In this document: positions 60,760 to 64,000 of the stretch, piece after piece
Layout: each line of letters opens with the position of its first letter
Numbering within the stretch: the stretch's first letter is position 1
Assembly: GCA_965215885.1 (NCBI GenBank)
Contig: CBDCEW010000100.1
Span: 64,001-128,000, forward strand
Origin: Candidatus Moanibacter sp.
Lineage (GTDB): Bacteria > Verrucomicrobiota > Verrucomicrobiia > Opitutales > UBA2987
Reading direction: 5' to 3'
DNA: 64,000 nt
Notes under the pieces: generated by a model
What the model was told of the DNA's origin: nothing
The model's input: only the letters and a program-made list of their open reading frames with translations
Database searches by the model: none
Program-made: the position numbers and the translations under genes

Positions 60760-61840
60760 CTCGTTCTCCGTGGTCCGGTGAGCCGATTCGCCATTCGATG
60801 CGTTCGACATCCCAGTCACGGTCAGGCGGCTTCACGCTCTCAAACCCCCAGAACTCCGTGGTAGGTTCCCCGGTCTGCGGCTCGCCAAACAGAGGGTCGT
60901 ATGGCGAGTAGAGCGAACCGAAGCGGAATACATGGTCGCCCTTTTCCATTGGCACGAAGTGTATCCCATCTTCCGACCAGTGTATCCACCGCTCAACACC
61001 TTTGCCGAAGTTGGGAATCATGAGCATGCCGTGCTTGTAGCGCCAACAGAAATGGCCGTGGCCTATCAGAAGCGGATTGCCTTCGTACTTCCGGTAGGGC
61101 CCTGTTAGGGTGTCGGCGATCGCCAGCCCGTTCTCGGTCGGCACGCCGTTGCGAATCCCCTTGTAGTACATGAACCATTTGCCGTCGAGATACACGTGCC
61201 TCGGGTTCAGAACTCTGTCACTGTCCCAGCGCTTGCCGTCCATCGCGGGTTCCACCAATACATCGACTCCGGGTGGCAGTGCCCACGGCCCGGCCGGCGA
61301 GTCGGCAACCAGGCAAGAGATGCCGACCATCCGATGCCCGTACTTCTCGATGTTGGTCGACCACACTTCAGTAAATAGATGAAACCGGCCTTCGTGGAAG
61401 ACGACATTGGGCTGTTCTAGCAGGAGGTCGTAACACGAGCCTTCCGGACCAAGGGGGAGATGGCCATGTGCCGTCCACTGGTGCGTATCCTCCGAGGTCA
61501 GATACAGGATCCGTGACGAGTCGGGTCTGAAGTCGCGACCTTCCGGCGTCTTGAAGAAGTCGGGATTTGCCCAGTAATGCGCCTCGGCGCACTTTGCGCG
61601 ATCAAGATCGATCATCCACATATGGTACTTGCCACCGTGGTAGACGACCCGAGATGGATCCGATTGCCAGTTATTGAGATTCAGGTTGACGTTCTCGGGG
61701 TTGCTAATCCAGCTGAGATTGCTGGATGTTCGCGTCTTCCTGATGCTCTTGAGCTCCGGCGGTATCGCATATGTACCTTCTGCTGCACGAAAGTAGATTC
61801 CGTCCTCGTCCAGAGCTCCTCTATTCGCTGCTCGGTCCAT
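60716..61840 (-). CDS. Five-bladed beta-propeller glycoside hydrolase (GH43/GH117-like), cassette
   Basis: SDPS.V....GKYHMW, ADSPAGPW, FMYYKG, GLAIAD...GPY.KY..NP, GH. Confidence 0.75.
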   Translation of the reverse strand: MDRAANRGALDEDGIYFRAAEGTYAIPPELKSIRKTRTSSNLSWISNPENVNLNLNNWQSDPSRVVYHGGKYHMWMIDLDRAKCAEAHYWANPDFFKTPEGRDFRPDSSRILYLTSEDTHQWTAHGHLPLGPEGSCYDLLLEQPNVVFHEGRFHLFTEVWSTNIEKYGHRMVGISCLVADSPAGPWALPPGVDVLVEPAMDGKRWDSDRVLNPRHVYLDGKWFMYYKGIRNGVPTENGLAIADTLTGPYRKYEGNPLLIGHGHFCWRYKHGMLMIPNFGKGVERWIHWSEDGIHFVPMEKGDHVFRFGSLYSPYDPLFGEPQTGEPTTEFWGFESVKPPDRDWDVERIEWRIGSPDHGERVRTIEFRRQPEGRA

Positions 61841-62149
61841 AGTCCGTCTGTCTTCTCTGTTGCGAACGTCGAAGCTACGAATCGAGGGCACCTCTGGTGC
61901 CGGCGATTTCGTAAGCTGACTTGCAAGACCCCATTCGAAAAGCCTTTCGAGCGGGCGGTTTAAGGTTCTCCGCCACGGGCGGACCAGCCTATGGCTGGCA
62001 GGTTTCGGGTTTTAGGCTGCCGGCGCTGCCGATGAGCAGGTATTGAGCGGCCATCGGCGTGGCTTGCTGCACAATACGTATATTTGCCGCTGTCTGGAGG
62101 CATACTCATCCCGTGGTGCTTTTTTCTCTGAGCTTCAAAGCGGTCAGAT

Positions 62150-62249
62150 TCAGGCTGCCTGTTCCAGTTCCTCCCCTCGGCGTTTCTTCATCAGTATGAT
62201 GCGGCAGAAGTTGTAGGCCAGAACCTTCTCGAGCAGTTCATCGCCTACC
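62150..62249 (-). pseudogene. Transposase C-terminal remnant interrupted by ISAs1
   Basis: VLAYNFCRI...EQAA* resembles IS5/ISNCY-like C-termini. Confidence 0.45.
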
Positions 62250-64000
62250 CAGGGTAAAAGGATTCCAGGAAGCAACTAGCTGATAAGCAAGAAGATAAAA
62301 AAAGAGCTAAACAAACCCGAGGGAATCAGTCATGTTAAGATGGGATGAAAGACAAAAAATCTTACCAACTGAATCCTTCGATAGATCGTTTAACTCTGCG
62401 TCTGGTCCTGCCCGAAGAGCAGGAGCGATTCAATGATCTATTGAAACAACATCATTATTTACACAGTGCGGGCAGCGCAGGAGAGACCCTGCGCTATGTG
62501 GCGCAGATCGACGGGCAATGGATGGGCCTGCTCTTGTGGGGGGCCGCATCCTACCGGCTGAAGGATCGAGACGAATGGATCGGGAGGGACGGGGCGCAAC
62601 GGCATGCACGATTGAAACTGGTAGTACAGAACCGGCGTTTTCTGATTTTGCCCGGGGTGGATCTTGCAAATTTGGCCTCCAAGACGTTGGGTATGTGCCT
62701 GAGAGTCTTAGCCGATCACTGGCAGGAGGCTTTTGGCTATCGTCCCTTAGTAGCGGAAACGTTCGTGGACCCACAGATTCACCGGGGCACTTGCTACGAA
62801 GCGAGCGGGTGGACGCCCTTGGGCTTGAGCGCGGGATATGGCCGCCAACGCGAAGATTTCTATCAACGCCATGAGCGTCCCAAGCAGATCTGGGTCAAAC
62901 CCCTCAAGGCTAATGCCCTTGAGCTTTTGCGCGCTTCAGGGCCATTGCCCGCGGCACAGAGCCAGGCGCTCAATGAAACCGATAACTCCCATGCGGTCTG
63001 CCTCAAAGTGGAACAGATGAGCAGCCTGTGGGAACGCTTCAATCAGATAGAAGACTTCCGTCGTAAAGCGGGCCTTAGATATCGGCTCGCCACGGTCCTG
63101 AGCATGATTGTGCTCGGCACGATGTGCGGCAAACAGACCCTCAAGGGCATCGTGCGCCTGGCCCATCATCTCAATCAAGCCCAATTGCGCGCCTTACGCT
63201 CCTGGAAAAACCCCAAAACAGGCCGCTATAAGGCCCCTTGCTATGATGTCTTCTATCGGGTCTTGCAAAACGTAAAGGCCGAGCTCTTCGATAAAACCCT
63301 CACCGAATTCATCTGCTTACAAGACGGCTGTTTGCCCCGCGATATTGCCGTCGACGGCAAGACCCTCAAAGGCACAAACACCGAAGAATCAAAGGCTCTG
63401 CACCTGGTGGCCGCAGTCGATCACCAAAGCGCTCAAACCTTAGCCCAAGTCGCTACCGCCGATAAATCCAACGCGATCACCGCCGCCCAGACTCTCTTGC
63501 GAAAGATGCCCATTTTGGACGGCTCCACCTTCACCTTCGACGCCATGCATAATCAAAAAGAAACTGCCCACATCGTCGTCGAAGAACTCAGTGCTGACTA
63601 TGTTATTCAAATTAAAGACAATCAGCCCAACATGCATCAATACGCTCAGAATCTCTTCAGCTCCACCCCCTTTTTCTCCACCAAACCGTGGACAATGACC
63701 ATGGGCGACTCGAAATACGTCAAATAGCAACCCATTCTCTAAGCGCTCCCTCTGCCGGCCTGCCCCATGCCCGCCAGTTCGCCTGTGTGCAACGCACCTT
63801 CCATTATCCAAACAAAGCTGAACCTTCCTCTGAACGCTCTTACTACGTAAGCAGTCTCGATCCCGCCGATTTGAGCCCTCAACAGTTCCTCTCGAAAATT
63901 CGCAACCATTGGTCGATCGAAAATAAAAATCATTACCCCAGGGATCGCTTCTTCGATGAAGATCGATGTATGATCCGTAATCATAACGCAGCCAGAATTC
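62250..64000 (+). mobile_element. ISAs1-family element, copy 2 (runs off window)
   Basis: Begins CAGGGTAAAAGGATTC; near-identical inverted copy of 53092-54985. Confidence 0.92.
62345..64000 (+). CDS. DUF4338-ISAs1 transposase, copy 2, same -1 frameshift
   Basis: ORF1 matches copy 1 except one W-to-R change; CCCCCTTTTTC at 63666-63676. Confidence 0.85.

Noticed and set aside
36839..61867. CRISPR array
   Set aside because: The recurring palindromes vary in length and sequence and separate whole genes, so they are attC sites; no cas genes are present
1..64000. tRNA or rRNA genes
   Set aside because: None recognised by eye; tRNAscan-SE and barrnap were not run

Overview
A 64-kb accessory region from a GC-rich bacterium; the gene content (sulfatases, many PhyH dioxygenases, glycoside hydrolases, Gfo/Idh/MocA oxidoreductases) suggests a PVC-like or similar environmental heterotroph, but taxonomy is not proven. 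The right half (about 36.8-61.9 kb) is a large integron cassette system on the minus strand. It has a truncated integron integrase (50974-51306), an attI-like core at 50741-50747 and about 16 complete attC sites plus several half-sites. In most cassettes the core and inverse core match exactly, confirming them as true cassettes. The cargo is unusual: full-length sulfatases, a glycoside hydrolase, PhyH, oxidoreductases, msrA, toxin-antitoxin pairs and ORF-less cassettes. A second decayed integron (intI N-terminus, attI, GNAT cassette, attC) lies at 16.2-17.1 kb. Two diverged copies of a covarying ~260-280 nt structured non-coding element (51319-51600, 55187-55443) sit in the array; from memory they resemble group IIB intron domain I, but the window has no RT or D5/D6. 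Four IS families could be delimited: IS4 in an intergenic repeat, IS66 in a PIN toxin, ISL3 inside an attC, and two near-identical ISAs1 copies whose transposase carries an N-terminal DUF4338/DruA-like domain. Three MITE families and many internally deleted pseudogenes are also present. All family assignments come from motif recognition by eye; no database search was run.
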